A DNA stretch of 64,000 nucleotides. It comes from Utricularia gibba (taxonomy: Eukaryota > Plantae > Magnoliophyta). The position numbers and the translations under genes were made by a program. The stretch's first letter is position 1. The number at the start of each line of letters is the position of its first letter. A model generated the notes under the pieces. It was not told the DNA's origin, did no database searches, and saw nothing but the letters and a program-made list of their open reading frames with translations. The stretch lies in the NCBI GenBank assembly GCA_002189035.1, contig CM007991.1:2046001-2110000 (forward strand), in the 5' to 3' direction. Positions 29,951 to 43,263 of this stretch are shown piece after piece.

Positions 29951-32900
29951 ATGATGATGGCGGTTTCGCCAAGTTTTGTTGCGCGTAGCTCGTTGGAGGA
30001 AATGTTGGAGTCCCTCCAGCGACGAGACGAGGCTGAGAACGTGGAAGACAAACCTCCTGCGCTTCCACCGCGTCCCAAATCGAATCCTCGGACTCGTCCT
30101 CCGTCCGCCAAGCGCCGCCTTCCAGAAGGCTCGAGTGTTTCTCAAACCGAGATGCTGATGAATTGTGAGGGGAAGGGAGAAGCGAATCAGAAAGTTACCG
30201 AGAGGGAATCGACTTCTGCGTTGCGTGGATCAGAAGTTGTTAACGGAACTTCTTTTGAGGAGGAACAGGATTGCGAAATCGCCGATGCCGTCGTTCAGCC
30301 TTTAGGATATCGCCGGAGATTCGGTGACTCTGATAAGGATGTAGGTGTCGGAAATTTCTATAACAAGGTAAATTTTCAATTTTTTTCATCATTCCCAGTG
30401 ATGTTTATTACTAAAAAGTTCATCACTAGTCTTGATGCTGTACTAAATTTATTGTTTTTTAGGACATTGACTTTTATTCCTTACGGATCTCCTAGTTTAG
30501 ATGCAGCTTTGTACGTTATGTGTTACAAGCGTTTGAGTTCAGTCTACTTCCATCACCCGATTAAGAAAGGAAATTCCCCTCGGTTAGGGCAAGATTCTCT
30601 AAGGAAAAAATGCTTACTTTTTGTTGGTGTGTCCTGATTATTACTCCATTATAATGATTCTCATTCAGGGACTGTATGTCTGGTACCCTTCATCGGATGA
30701 TTGCTGGCAACAAGGGCAAGTAAAATCGATTTCGGGGGAAAAGGCTTCGGTTCTCTTTCCAGTTGATAGGGTATCATGTTATCTGGTTACTGCTTGTTGT
30801 TAATGTAAGAACTCATTGCTGATGCTACTATAGGTTGTTGCAGTTTGTCTGCAAGACCTCAGGCCTGCGAATCCAGAAATTCTTGATGCGGTTGACGATC
30901 TTAGGGAACTATGTTATCTGAATGAGCCATCTGTTCTTCACACTCTTCAGTGCAAGTATTCACAAGATATGATATATGTAAGTAGGAATTTGCAATAAAA
31001 TTGAAGACTGTTGATTGATCCTCTTCTTATTTTGTGTTTGTTTATAGACTAAAGCAGGTGGTGTTTTCATAGCTCTCAATCCTCTGAAAGACACCAATCT
31101 TTATGGGAAGGAGTTCATCACGGCATATAGAGATAAGCTTTCGAGTAGAGCTCATGTTTATGGTGTTGTGAATGAGGCATATGACAAAATGATGGCAGGT
31201 TCTACATTTTGTCATTAAATGTTGCTATTTGCCAGCTTGAGTTTTTATCCTATTTCTCCTTGTTTGTATTCTTTTTAATTTTCAGGTGGGGGAAACCAAT
31301 CTATCATAATCAGGTTTGATGAAGTACTTCAAGCATATTTTCATGTGAATTGGTTTTAATTGTTATGGTCTGTAGTGGCGAGAGTGGTTCTGGGAAAACA
31401 GAGACAGCTAAGAGAGCTTTGGAATATATGGCCGTGATTGGCAGTCGTGATGGAGGTTTTGAGTCGAAACTTTTGCACATCAGCTGTATTCTGGAGGCCT
31501 TTGGTAATGCTAAAACTGCCAGAAATGAGAACTCCAGCAGATTTGTAAGTACTAATTTATCTGCTTACGTTGTCCAATTTATGATCACCAATTTATTCAT
31601 GATTTTTCTGTAGGGAACTTTGTTTGAATTCCACTTTAGCAATGTGGGAAAAATATCAAGTGCACAAATACTGACCCGTAAGTGAATGTTGATTCCAAGT
31701 AGCGAACTCTTTAATGATGTTCTGAAGTTTATTGATCTCCTTGCTTATTGACTTTTTGCTTTGTTTCTGTGAATATTGACTCCCGCCTCCTGAATATATG
31801 AACCAGTCCTTGTTGAAAAGGTCTGTTTTTGTCTGAGAATGTCCATAGGAATCTAGCTTTTATCTTGTTAGTCATCTGACTTTTTGCAAAAAATTATGCT
31901 GTATCAGTCTAGAGTTGTTCACCTGGCGCAAGGGGAAAGATCATACCACATTTTCTATCAACTATGTTCTGGGGCATCTGCTGATCTAAGAGGCTTGTCT
32001 TGCATTTCTCGCTGCTTTTTTAACCATTCTTGCCCATCTACTTGAATCACCCCAAAATATGCTTTTATTTTTATTTTCAGGGAGGTTATGTTTAAAATCA
32101 GCATCTGAATACATCTATCTTAATCAGAGTAACTGCATTGGGATTCCTAATATTGATGACTCTCAGAAGTTTCATATCCTTAGGGTAATCAATTACCAAT
32201 CGCATGCGTTCGCTGCGTTGTGTCTAAGATAATTTATTGAATTCCTGAATCTTGCTAGGGAGCCTTAAATGCTGTTGGAATTTTCCAAGACAATCAGGAT
32301 CGTGTCTTTGAGCTGCTAGCTGCAGTGTTGTGGCTCGGAAATATTTCTTTTCTCGTAAATGATGATCAGACTCATGTGGAGGTTCTTCACAATGAAGGTA
32401 TGGGAACATTTTGCGATGCTTCACAGACAACTACCCAAACATTGATATTGATTGGTACCTTTGATCCACAGCCTTAAACTGTTCCGCCATTTTGATGGCC
32501 TGTAGTCAGGATGAACTGACTGCTGCATTGTCAACTCGTAAAATTAAAGCTGGAAAGGATGTCATCAGTGCGAGACTCACGTTGCAGCAGGTGGACACTT
32601 TGTTATTTTTTCCTTATTGCCTAGGCTTTTCTTGCATAATTGTATGGTACTGGGAGGTTTATGTTTGCTTGCGTTCTAGGAATCCACTTGGCGTTCTTAT
32701 GTTAATGCTTACTAATTTGGCTTCAGGCTGTTGAAAGAAGAGATGCACTGGCGAAGGTCATGTACACAAGTCTGTTCGACTGGCTAGTGGAGAAGATAAA
32801 TTTATACATTGCTATGGACAAAGATGATGCTTGGGGATCCATAAGCATTCTAGACATCTGTGGATTTGAAATATCTGAGGTAAAATCCATTTTTCTTTTG

Positions 32901-35698
32901 ATTAATTGTTAAGATGTTGCTTGCACGTTTGATGCCTCATATCAAATCTGCATTGGGCTTCAGAAAAACGGCTTTGAGCAATTCTGTAGAAACTACGCTG
33001 ATGAGAAGCTCCAGCAACATTTTAATCGTCATATGTTCATACTTGAGCAAGAGGTCAGCTTCTTGATGACATGCGACTCTTTGATTAGATTTCAGATTAC
33101 AAGTTCTTATTGCAGGCGTACAAACATGAAGGAATTCATTGGACAAACCTAAGCTTCAGGGATAACCATGACTGCTTGGATCTTTTCGAGAGGGTATTCC
33201 TTTATTTCTGATTCAAAGTCTTGTACCATTATGTTTATGTTTTACTGCTTTCATTTTATGCAGTAACCGTCACGCTTTTGTTCTGGAACAGGAACCAACT
33301 GGCTTGATCTCTCTACTGGATGAAGTGTCATCGTTGCCAAAGGCAACCAATTTAACCTTAGTCACTAAGCTTGCTCAGGAGTTGAGTGCTAGCAATTGCT
33401 TCAGGGTACAAAAGGACGGAACATTCAGCATTTCCCATTTGGCTGGAGAGGTTAGTTTTACTTGAGGCTTTTTCTGGAAATCTGTGATACAATTTTTTGT
33501 GTCGTGTGTAATTGATTGGTTTTTTTTTCGTGATCATTAAATTGCCGTAGGTTGTATACGATAACACTGAATTCTTGTTGAAGAATAGAGACCCCGTGTA
33601 TCCTGAAGTGATACAACTATTGTCATGCAGCAATGCACTTACCCAATTTTTTCGATTTAAGCAATTCCATGGTGAAGGCAAGACTTCACTACAGTCAGAA
33701 ATACAAAATCAGAGCTTCATCTTTAAACTCAAGGTAAAGTGTTTTTGCCCTACTTTGATGCGTTTTTTTAATCTAGTCTTAGCTGCTTCCAATTCCTGTG
33801 GAAATGCTATCCTTCTGTGGCATCTCCAGCATGTGGCCGCACCTGATGTGATTTTGATGGCATCGTTGCTGCAGGACCAGCTGTTAAAATTATTTCAGCA
33901 CCTTGATGCCACAAAGCCTCATTTCATTTACTGTGTGAGACCAAACAGTAAGAACGTTCCTGGCTTGTTTGAAGACAATCTTGCTCTGCAGCAGCTCCGC
34001 AGTTGCAGTGTTATTGACGCTGTCAAGATTTCTAAATACGGGTACCCCACAAGGATCAAAATTGAAGAATTTAGTCAAAGGTGTTTCCTGCATTTCTTAG
34101 TTAAGTAGTGTAATCTGCCAAATCCATGAACCTTTCCCGTGGAAGTCCAGTCCATATGGTTTCATATATTATTGCATTTTCAGATATGCGGTCCTCGTTC
34201 CGGAAAATGTATCTCAACAAGATTCCTTGTGCACATCAGTAGCTATCTTGCAGCACTGTGGAATTCTGCCGGAGATGCACCAAGTTGGCTACACAAATTT
34301 ATTCTTCCGGGCTGGACAGGTCAGTTCGTGTCTTCTTGGCCAAAGCAGTTATTTCCACTTCTTGGTTTACTGTGTAACGTAATACTGTTACTTGACAGTA
34401 TTTCACACATTCCAGAATGCTTACCGTTTATGGTGGCTGTATACAGATTGAAATTCTGGAGGATGCAAGAAAGAGGGCTTTGCAGTGTAACCCTGAGGTG
34501 CAATTTTGCTACGGTTGTCACATTTTTGAACTGAAAGGAGTAGCAACAACGTTGCAATCATGTGAGTGTGGCGTCTGGAACTTGATACTCTGTTTCTTTA
34601 TGCTCATTAGATGAACTTGAAAAACCTCTTCAGATGTTCGTGGTGAAATTGCGCGAAAAGAGTTCCAGAAATTAAGCCATTCGAGAAGGCAGAATGCTGC
34701 TGATGAGATGCATGATCAGCAGCAGCTCACGGCTGTCGTGCAAATACAGTCCCGTAAGCTCCATCTTCTTCCGTGCTGAAGGATCAATCAAAATGCATAA
34801 TCACATCTTTTTTGTGTGTACAGTAATTCGCGCTTGGTTGGTCAGAAAACGTCCTCCTACCCGCCCTTCAAATCGAACACAGTTCAAGGTTAGTGGATGA
34901 TGGATACTCGTGCGAGAAAGAGTATCTGAGTTTTTACTTGCCCTTCTGAATATGTGATGCTTCTTTCGAATCGTTGTCCCTTGGTTGAACAGGATCTGCT
35001 CCAGCAACCGTCGTCTGGTGATGAACTGCAAGTGCGAGTGTCGATGTTGGAAGCAGAGCTCCTAGCGAAGGAAAAAGAAAATGTGAGCCTAAGGAATCGA
35101 ATCAAGCAACTCGAGGCTCGATGGCCGCAATATGAAGCAAAGAAGTGGGAGAAGAAGAGATCTTTACAGGTTGGCTATCCCTTCATGTGCCTGTGGTAAC
35201 CGTATTGTGCTGATCAGAGTTCAGCCCATGCTGCAGATGAGGCTGGCAACAGAAAAACAGAGCAATGCCGGAGACTCTACAGCACAACCACGGAAGACGA
35301 ACGGAGTCCAATCTCCTGGATCTTCCTACTCAGATGAGTCGTGCACCGGGCCTGCAACACCTGGATGCAGCACACCTGCAAGATGTGCTGAGAGCAGCGC
35401 CGATGATGCTCCACATCAAAAAAATGCCAGGACTGCGAATACAATCGCAACTCTGGTTAAAGAGTTCGAGCAAGAGAGACGAGTTTTCGATGTCGAAGCT
35501 CGGGCCGTGGTCGATCCGAGGTCATCGGGAAGACAGTCTCTGAACCCTGTGGAGGAAGTTGAGCTGCTGAAATGCAGGTTCAAGTCCTGGCAGAGAGAGT
35601 TCGGGATCCGGCTGAGAGAAGCCAAGGCCAAGGCTTCTCGCCCAGAAGGGGAGAAGCATCGATGGAAATGGTGGGGCATCAAGAGAAGTCGATCGTAG
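29951..35698 (+). CDS. ATM2: Myosin class VIII (ATM2/myosin-2-like), strongly diverged
   Basis: [27 protein letters not shown]...[16 protein letters not shown]-loop [10 protein letters not shown], switch [22 protein letters not shown]-like motifs, C-terminal EELxxLK..F..W...F..RLRE.K...RWKWWG. About 23 exons splice in frame, including a 14-nt microexon at 31807-31820. Confidence 0.93.
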
Positions 35699-36266
35699 AA
35701 TTTGAACCGTGACTCGTGTCTCTACTCAGTATACAAACAAACACATGGTTGTACTCAGCACTGTTTGCCGATCTGAATTCAAATTCTACACAAGAGTGTC
35801 CGCCTTCCAGTTCATGAATTCCTTTGGAAGACAATGTTTCTGATCATGGTTTCCGGCCGACCGGAACATTTCCATCGGAGTTGATGGGAACATTTCCCTT
35901 GAATAATAATAAGTCAAAAAAGCAGACAAAATGTAAGCGTATCTTCCATCAACGTAGGCTGTTTGACTGGGCGGACCTCCTCACCTTTTCCAAACCCACA
36001 ATAAATTCAATCTTAATGCCTATGACTTTCCAGGTTGCATGATTCTCGAACCCATGCCCCGACTCAGCGTGAAGCAACTGCAAGCCGTCGTGCATACTGC
36101 AATGCAAAAATTCAGTTGAGGTTTCTGGGTTAGGCATTACAAGGAAGACTGTTCAAACAATTTATAGAGAGCAGTTCTATGTACTGGGGAGAAGGAGGAG
36201 GAGGTTAGGATGGGGGTTCTGGGCTTGCGACTACGGTAATTGGGCGAACAATGCAATGCTGGAGCA

Positions 36267-39200
36267 TCATTGTTTGAGAGGAGCATGGCAGTCTTCAGCT
36301 GACGAGCCGGATTCCGTTTCCCGGTAGTTGGATTCTATCAGCATTACGGCAACCTCCTGCATCGACGGCCGCTCGAAAGGGGACATGCTGGTGCAGAGAA
36401 GTGCAACTCTCAGGACGATGCTCATGTGATCCACAGTTGCCTCGTCGTCGAGGTTCAACCGGCTGTCCAGGATCTCGGGCCAATCGGATTCCGGGTTCGA
36501 TCGAATGTAGTTCCGAACCCATGTGACGAGATCGCCTCCTTGTTCCAGGGGCTGGACCGGAGTTTTCCCCGTTAGCAGCTCCAGGAGGACTACGCCGTAG
36601 CTGTAGACATCGCATTTCTCCGTGACCTTCATGGTGAATGCGTACTCTGCAGAGAAACCCACTAGCAGCATCAGTAAGTGAAATCAAGTCGAGGGAGGAC
36701 TGCTCTCACTCACCTGGCGCTATGTAGCCATAGGAACCGGCGACCGCCGAGACGGACTTTGACTGCGGCATGTCGATCACCTTCGCAAGGCCGAAGTCCG
36801 CCACGTGAGCTTCAAACCTGTCATCAAGCAGAATGTTGGTCGACTTGATGTCACGATGGATGATCCTGGGCGGCAATCGTGATGCAGGTAAGCAAGGCCT
36901 TCAGCAGCTCCAACAGCAATGGCGAACCTTGTAGGCCAGTCCAGGAGGTTAGAAGATGTGTCATGAAGGATTTCCCCCAAGCTTCCCTTGACATGTACTC
37001 ATAGAGCAGGAAGTTGGAACCTTGGTGGTAGCAGAAGCCATACAGCTTCACTATATTCCGATGCCTGATCTTACCGAGCGTTGAAATCTCGGCTCGAAAG
37101 CTCTTCTCAATGTTGTTACCTTCTCTGTTTGATGCTAGCCTCTTGACAGCAACTGTCTGAGCAGAATGCAGCACAGCCTTGTAAACTGTCCCCACTGCTC
37201 CTCTTCCAATGACAAAAGTGTCGTTAAAATTGTTGGTTGCCTCCACAAGATCCTGAAAGGTGAAGCCCTCCTTTGGAGGAAAATAGATATCAGATTCGTG
37301 GGGCGACGTGTCTTCATCTTGGGAGCAGACAGTCATGTTCACAGGATGGCATTTCATTAGGTATATGAGGACTGCAATCAGCACCAGAGACACTCCACCT
37401 ACAAAGGCAGCAACGGCAGTGATGATCACAGCTCGAGTTGAATTTGCTGCTTTATTCGTGTCAGGAACTTCAGGGTCGGTGCAGTTAGGAAGAGGGCCAC
37501 CGCAGAGGCCACTATTTCCGATGAAGCTACTGATGCTCAGGTTCTCAAACAATGGAACAGAAGGCAATGGCCCTGTCAAATCATTGAATGAGAAGTTGCA
37601 TCCCAGGAGGCTGGAAAGATTGGCAAATGTGGCTGGAATCTCACCCACCAAGTGATTGTTATTGAGGTAGAGGTACTCCAAGAGGATGAGGTTACCTATC
37701 TGGAATGGTATAGGCCCGGACAAGTTATTGTAACTGAGATTTAAAGCAACCTGGAGGCCAGCAAGATTTCCCAACTCCTCTGGTATGGTGCCTGATAGCA
37801 AGTTACCTCCCATCTGAAGTTCAATCAAATGAGGGAGGTTATCTAGTGCAGAAGGAATGCTCCCAGTGAACTCATTTTCAGACATGATAAGCCGTTCAAG
37901 CATGGAAAGTGTTTCCAAGCCATTAGGAATTGTGCCGGAGAAGCTATTCCGGCTAAGATCAAGTCTTTGCAGTGCTGTGCAGTTGAGAATTTCCTTTGGT
38001 ATCGAACCTGTTAAAAAGTTTGAAGACACATTGAGAGTCCCAAGCAGCGACAGATGCCCAATATCCTTTGGAAGCTCAGATGTGAAGTAATTGCTAGAGA
38101 GGTCTAACCTCTGCAGCTTTTGGCAGCTCCCTATCTCTGGAGGTATTGAACCAGTGAGCTGGTTATCAGCCAATTCTATGGCAGAGAGATTAACAAGCTT
38201 GCAAATTTCAGAAGGAAAGTTTCCAATAAGATGGTTACCGCTGAGACGAATCTGCACCAAAGAATTACACTGAATGACACCTAAAGGAATGCGTCCATGT
38301 AAACTATTATACTCAAGATTCAGCAACATCAAGTTTGAGTTGCGGCAAATATGAGGAGGAATTCTGCCAGTAAGCTGATTGTTGGAAAAATCAACAACCC
38401 ATAGTTTACTGTATAGGCCGAGATGCCTTGGTATTGATCCATCCAAATTGTTATCAAACAGCTGCAACTGACTCATCCGAGGAAGATACTGAAAACTGGG
38501 AGGAATTGGTCCAGTCAAGTTGTTAATGGACAAATCTAGCTTCATCAGATTCTTCAGGCTGCCGAGTTCCGAAGGAATGGCACCAGTAAGATCATTTTGG
38601 AACAAGTAGAGCAGAGTCAGGTTCTGTATCTGAGCCAGTTCTGTTGGAATTTCCCCAGACAAGGAATTCTCTGAGAAATCAATTTCTAAGCATGAGCTAA
38701 GGTTCCCAATCTCCCTTGGGATGGTACCATTGATTGCATTTCTGTACAAGTACAAGTACATCAGGGACTTGATATTCCCAAGCTCAGCAGGAATCTCCCC
38801 AACAAGATCATTCTGATATAAAGCCAGAGTTTGAAGACTTGAACAGTTTCCAAGCTCCCTGGGAATGGATCCAGAGAGCTGATTATCCCAAAGAATGAGA
38901 TCCACTAGATTGCTAAGCATTCCTATCTCTTTAGGTAAGTTGCCTTGTATCTTATTCTGTGCAAGGCCAAGCGTCTGCAGTTGCGTACAAAGACCAACAC
39001 TGGCCGGTAAACTTCCAGAAATCTGGTTTTGACCAACCCTGAAAATTCTCAAGCTTGTCATGTTACCAAAAGATGCAGGCAAAGAGCCTGACAGGTTATT
39101 AGTGTATGCCACAAACTGCACAAGGGAGGTTAGTTTCCCAAACTCCTCTGGAATGGGACCAGATATCTGATTGTTGCATACATTCAAAGTTGTCAAACAG

Positions 39201-39646
39201 CGAAGGCTGCCCAGCTCCACTGGTATTATCCCAGTAAACCGATTGTTATTCAAGTAAAGAACTTCCAGCATCGAACAATTATTGATCTCTGGGGGAATGC
39301 TTCCAGTGAGCCCATTAAATGAAAGATCAAGATAAGTCAGATGGACCAAACTTCCAATACTGGAACTCAGAGTCCCTGAGAGGTTGAGAGAGCTCAAGTT
39401 AAGAAACCCCACAAATGGTTGGGAGCCTGATGTACAATTAACACCGACCCAATCACATGGAGTTGCGCTGTTGGGATTCCAGTTCCACAAAGCGTTTCTC
39501 GGATCCACAATTGCTTTCTTCAATTCAAGAAGGGAAAGACCATCATCTGTTAGTGCTTCCAAAGGATGAAACAGAACCACTAAAGCAATCAAAGTTCCTA
39601 TCCATCTCAACAAAAGACTACTTCTCAAGTCCATAGCCCAGGACAT
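36267..39646 (-). CDS. LRR receptor-like kinase subfamily XI (At5g63930/At2g33170, PSYR-like)
   Basis: Signal peptide, long LRR array, TM segment, [64 protein letters not shown]|[20 protein letters not shown]. One 67-nt intron (36647-36713). Two single-base deletions in the kinase domain (36868-36870 and 36985-36987). Start is 39646 or 39634. Confidence 0.95.
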
Positions 39647-41342
39647 TTCGTGATTAATCCCAAGACAACTCGAGATAATCAAATGGGTTTCCCCTTGATC
39701 CACCCCCCAAAAAGTGTTGACACTCTGAAGCTGAATCTTTAAAATCTCAGCAACTATAAAAATCCACAAACCCTAATCTCTAATCCCCACTGAAGCATCT
39801 TCATAAACATGTCAAAGTGCAACCATCTCCAAAAACAGAGGGCATTCCGAGGTTCACGCCGCGAACTGTTCTTCAGATCCCAAAACATGACAATCGGATT
39901 CGCTGCATCCCATCAAGAAACCGACGATGTAAAACAAAAACACGAAAAAAAAGATTGAAAGCTAACGCAACTTTGACTCCATAAACTCTGCAAGAGTAAA
40001 ATTTTGATGGGTGCAAAGAACGACCACAAAGCATGGTGCAAGCATTAAAAAGCACCCGATAAAGCAAATACATGAATCATCTCTACCTTAACTTTCACAG
40101 CCACGATCAAGTTGCTCTTGAAAATACAACCCAAAAAGTTGCACACAACAACCCAACAATTACCTCCTGTCTCCCATTACATCCTTTCCTCAAATCGAAA
40201 CGTGATCGAAAAATGAGAAAAAAGTATCAATGAATGGACAATACCTACTCCACTTCATTAATTGGAACTCATATGGCCGACCAAGCACAAACCTTTCAGC
40301 TTTCCCTTCATTTCTCCACAACCCCACGTCTCTCTCTCTCCCCATATACACACATATCTCCTGCAAATCTTTCTCTGAAAATTATGAAGGATTCTTCTAT
40401 GGAACCCCTGTACAAGATTTCCATATCTTCTTCTCTACATGCTCACAAAGTCTCTCTCTCTCTCTTGCCTAACTTCCCCACCTATTAGAAAAGCAGAAGC
40501 TACTTTCGTTTTAGTAAACTAAAACAAAAAGAAAGGTAACCCCTTTTTACCAGTCACCAGTAAAACTACTCTTCACCTCCACCTCTAACTCCACTTTTGT
40601 ATTTATATTTCACTCCTTTTGGGGAATCATATTACATTTCTAACAGCAGTTAGCAGAAAAATGAAGCAAGTTAAGGATGATTAATGATTACCCACACGCG
40701 CGGGGTTAGGTCAAATTTATTGTCAAAGATATTATTAAATAGTATTAAGGTGAATGCCCGCCTACGTCCGTAAACAGGCGCTTTTAGGTGGACTACGCAC
40801 TAAACAAAACAGACGCAGCTTCATTAAAAAACAAGATCATGTAAAGGCAGCGCCTTTTGATGGCTTCATTGCCCCTGAAGCATGAGGTGCTGGTGCTGCA
40901 ACGAGGGAGGGGTTAGTTAGCAGTTGAATCATTACCCAGGTGTTCATTTTCAAAAAAAAAAAAAATTGTCCGAACGAGTGTCATCCCGGTGAGTCGCCGT
41001 CATCGGTTTCAACGTACGAAAGTCGACTGGTTTGCTTACTTTTTTCATCCCCCATACTTTTATGGGTGGATACCCTTTCCGGTATGAAGTAAAATGTAGT
41101 GTTTTGAGTATACATGCAGGGGCTATATGAAGTACTCAGAAACGTGCGTACATGGGTAAAGCGTAGACGTCAATGGATTCCTTTCCAACGAGTTCACATT
41201 TGGTAGGTGATGAGGCCCTACGACCATTGCCCGTCTTTATCCGACGCTGACCTCAGAAAAGAAGAAGAACCAAGCATTGAGTTTTGGATTCCAAAAGCAT
41301 TTTAAGCATCTGAGTTTATAACTGACTCCTCCCCATTAACCA

Positions 41343-41429
41343 GTGGATCGATAAAGATTCCTTTTTTTTTTTAAATGGGGGATCGATAAAGATTCCTTTT
41401 TTTTTCAATGGGAGATCGATAAAGATTCC
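41343..41429. repeat. Tandem repeat, 3 copies with 33-35 bp period
   Basis: gatcgataaagattcc at 41346, 41381 and 41414, separated by poly-T plus aatggg(g/a). Confidence 0.9.
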
Positions 41430-42137
41430 GAGTTCCGAAGAATCGCTACTCAGTTCGCAAAATGAATCGAATTTGTCGTGATGGTGGGTGTATTGTGGCA
41501 TGCCCATTGGAAATGTATTTACCTAATCGACTGGTGCTGTCTACACTTTAGCACAAAAACTACTGATAGATTGAATAAATGAGCCAGAGGCAGCAGTCCA
41601 ATGATGGTCCACATGTGTATGCGGACCCTATAGGATCGAAAAGAGATCAAGCTCTCATCTTTGATCAAAACAGAGCAAAGGTGCTGTATATTTGAGCTGC
41701 TGCAATACACTACTTGTTTGTATTCTGAATGAACGAAAAATTGCAGCAAAAACTAATTTCAAGATGAAAGGTTCGGATGAATGAAAAACAAGCAACAAAA
41801 CAAACGTGACAGCAACTAATTAGATACAAGACAGTGAAACAAACTAGAAGAAAAAAAGGGTAGAACACCAGCTCGTGGCTGACTTTGCAGTCATGGATAA
41901 TCGTGGTCCAGCTGGTAATCTTCATGTTCCAGGGATGAACTGAATTGCTAGCTGTGTAGTCCATCTGGATGTTGAGCTACCTTCAATTTTATCCCACACA
42001 CCATATGGAGAAAGATCGAAGTTGGTGGAAGAAGTGTATAAGGAGCACTACTATACAGATTATGTGGGATGCTCGGTGATGATTAACAAGAACAAAGCTC
42101 AGGAAAGTGTGATATAGTATACAACACTAAATAAAAA

Positions 42138-42845
42138 TCATATGTTAAAATATGAGCTTTGCCTTTTCTTATGGCTTATGTTTCTGAGGCCATGCTTCAA
42201 CCTCTCCAGTTCACTCTTCTTGTGGAACTGCTCCTCTTCCACAGAGATGACCAGCATTGACTGAAGAAGTTCAATAGTTTCCTCCTTGGCGCTCAGCTCT
42301 TTCTTCAAATCCACGATTTCTGTTTCCTCTTCCACCGAACCTATGAAATGTGTGCAACTTCTTAGTACATGAGGGGTTTCTGTTCTGGTTCTTGAAAGAG
42401 TACAAGTATAAAATACTGGAAAGTCAAAACCATCCCTGGTTGTTGAATAAGTGGTACGAACTCATTTACTAAAAAAGGTAGATCTTTTACCTTGTTTTGC
42501 TGTTGTGATGAGATGCTCAAGCTCCATCTTCACAGCCAAGTAGAGCTGCTTCCATTTCTCTGCAGCCTCATCTCTCTTCCCACTCTCCAAAATCCTTATT
42601 CTCTCATCCTTGGCACCTGATTCTTCTTTCATTCTTCGAATCTCCTCCTTGAGTTTCTTCCTTTCTCTCCTCCACTCATCGCGGTTGAGAGCGAAAGCCA
42701 TGAGCTCTGCCTCGTAAAACCGGTTGTCCGATTCTCGTATACACATGAGTTCTCTGATATCCTTTTCTAGAATCCTCAACCTGTGGCTCGAGTCCTGTTC
42801 CACTTTGGTTTGAAAGCTTCCCATCGTGTTGTACTTAGTTTTCAT
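42138..42845 (-). CDS. Plant coiled-coil protein of unknown function (At3g23930/At4g13540-like)
   Basis: Exon 42845-42491 (EWRRERKKLKEE...RDEAAEKWKQLYLAVKMELEHLI) and exon 42340-42138 (LKKELSAKEETIELLQ) join in frame. The KWKQLYLA motif is recalled from this family. Confidence 0.75.
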
Positions 42846-43263
42846 GCCCGATGGTGTGAATAAATAGAGAGACTTTAGAGCGTAAAGTCAGCTGAAATTC
42901 GTGATCCATCTTCATTTCAGTTGGCACGCTGTAGTTGCTGATGCATTTATGTGAATGGCGGTAGTCGCATAGATTAACCATACGCAGCAATGTGAGTTTT
43001 CATACTCAGGGAATGCCGCTGCTTTAATCAGTACATAAAAGCGGCCATGGAAGATTGAATGCGTTCCCGGAGGCGGTGGTGATACGCTGCCGCATATGTT
43101 AGTGGACGAGATTACAACTTCAACGAGTTGCCATTTATTACAGCAACGTGACGCTCACAGACGAACATCACGCATAGAAAGAAGGGAAACACTCCCTCCC
43201 TGGTCCTAACTTCCTACCCAGATGATAAGCACATCATTTATTTCATGCAAACAATTGAACTTC

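Noticed and set aside
41203-41254. AGG-TGATGA...CTGA-CCT, like a C/D box snoRNA
   Set aside because: Only about 50 nt with a 3-bp stem, too short for internal D'/C' boxes and a guide.
42020-42070. USE-like ATCCCACATAA on the minus strand, suggesting an snRNA or Pol III gene
   Set aside because: It is an imperfect match, TATA spacing fits neither Pol II nor Pol III snRNA promoters, and the downstream sequence matches no U snRNA, 7SL or telomerase template.
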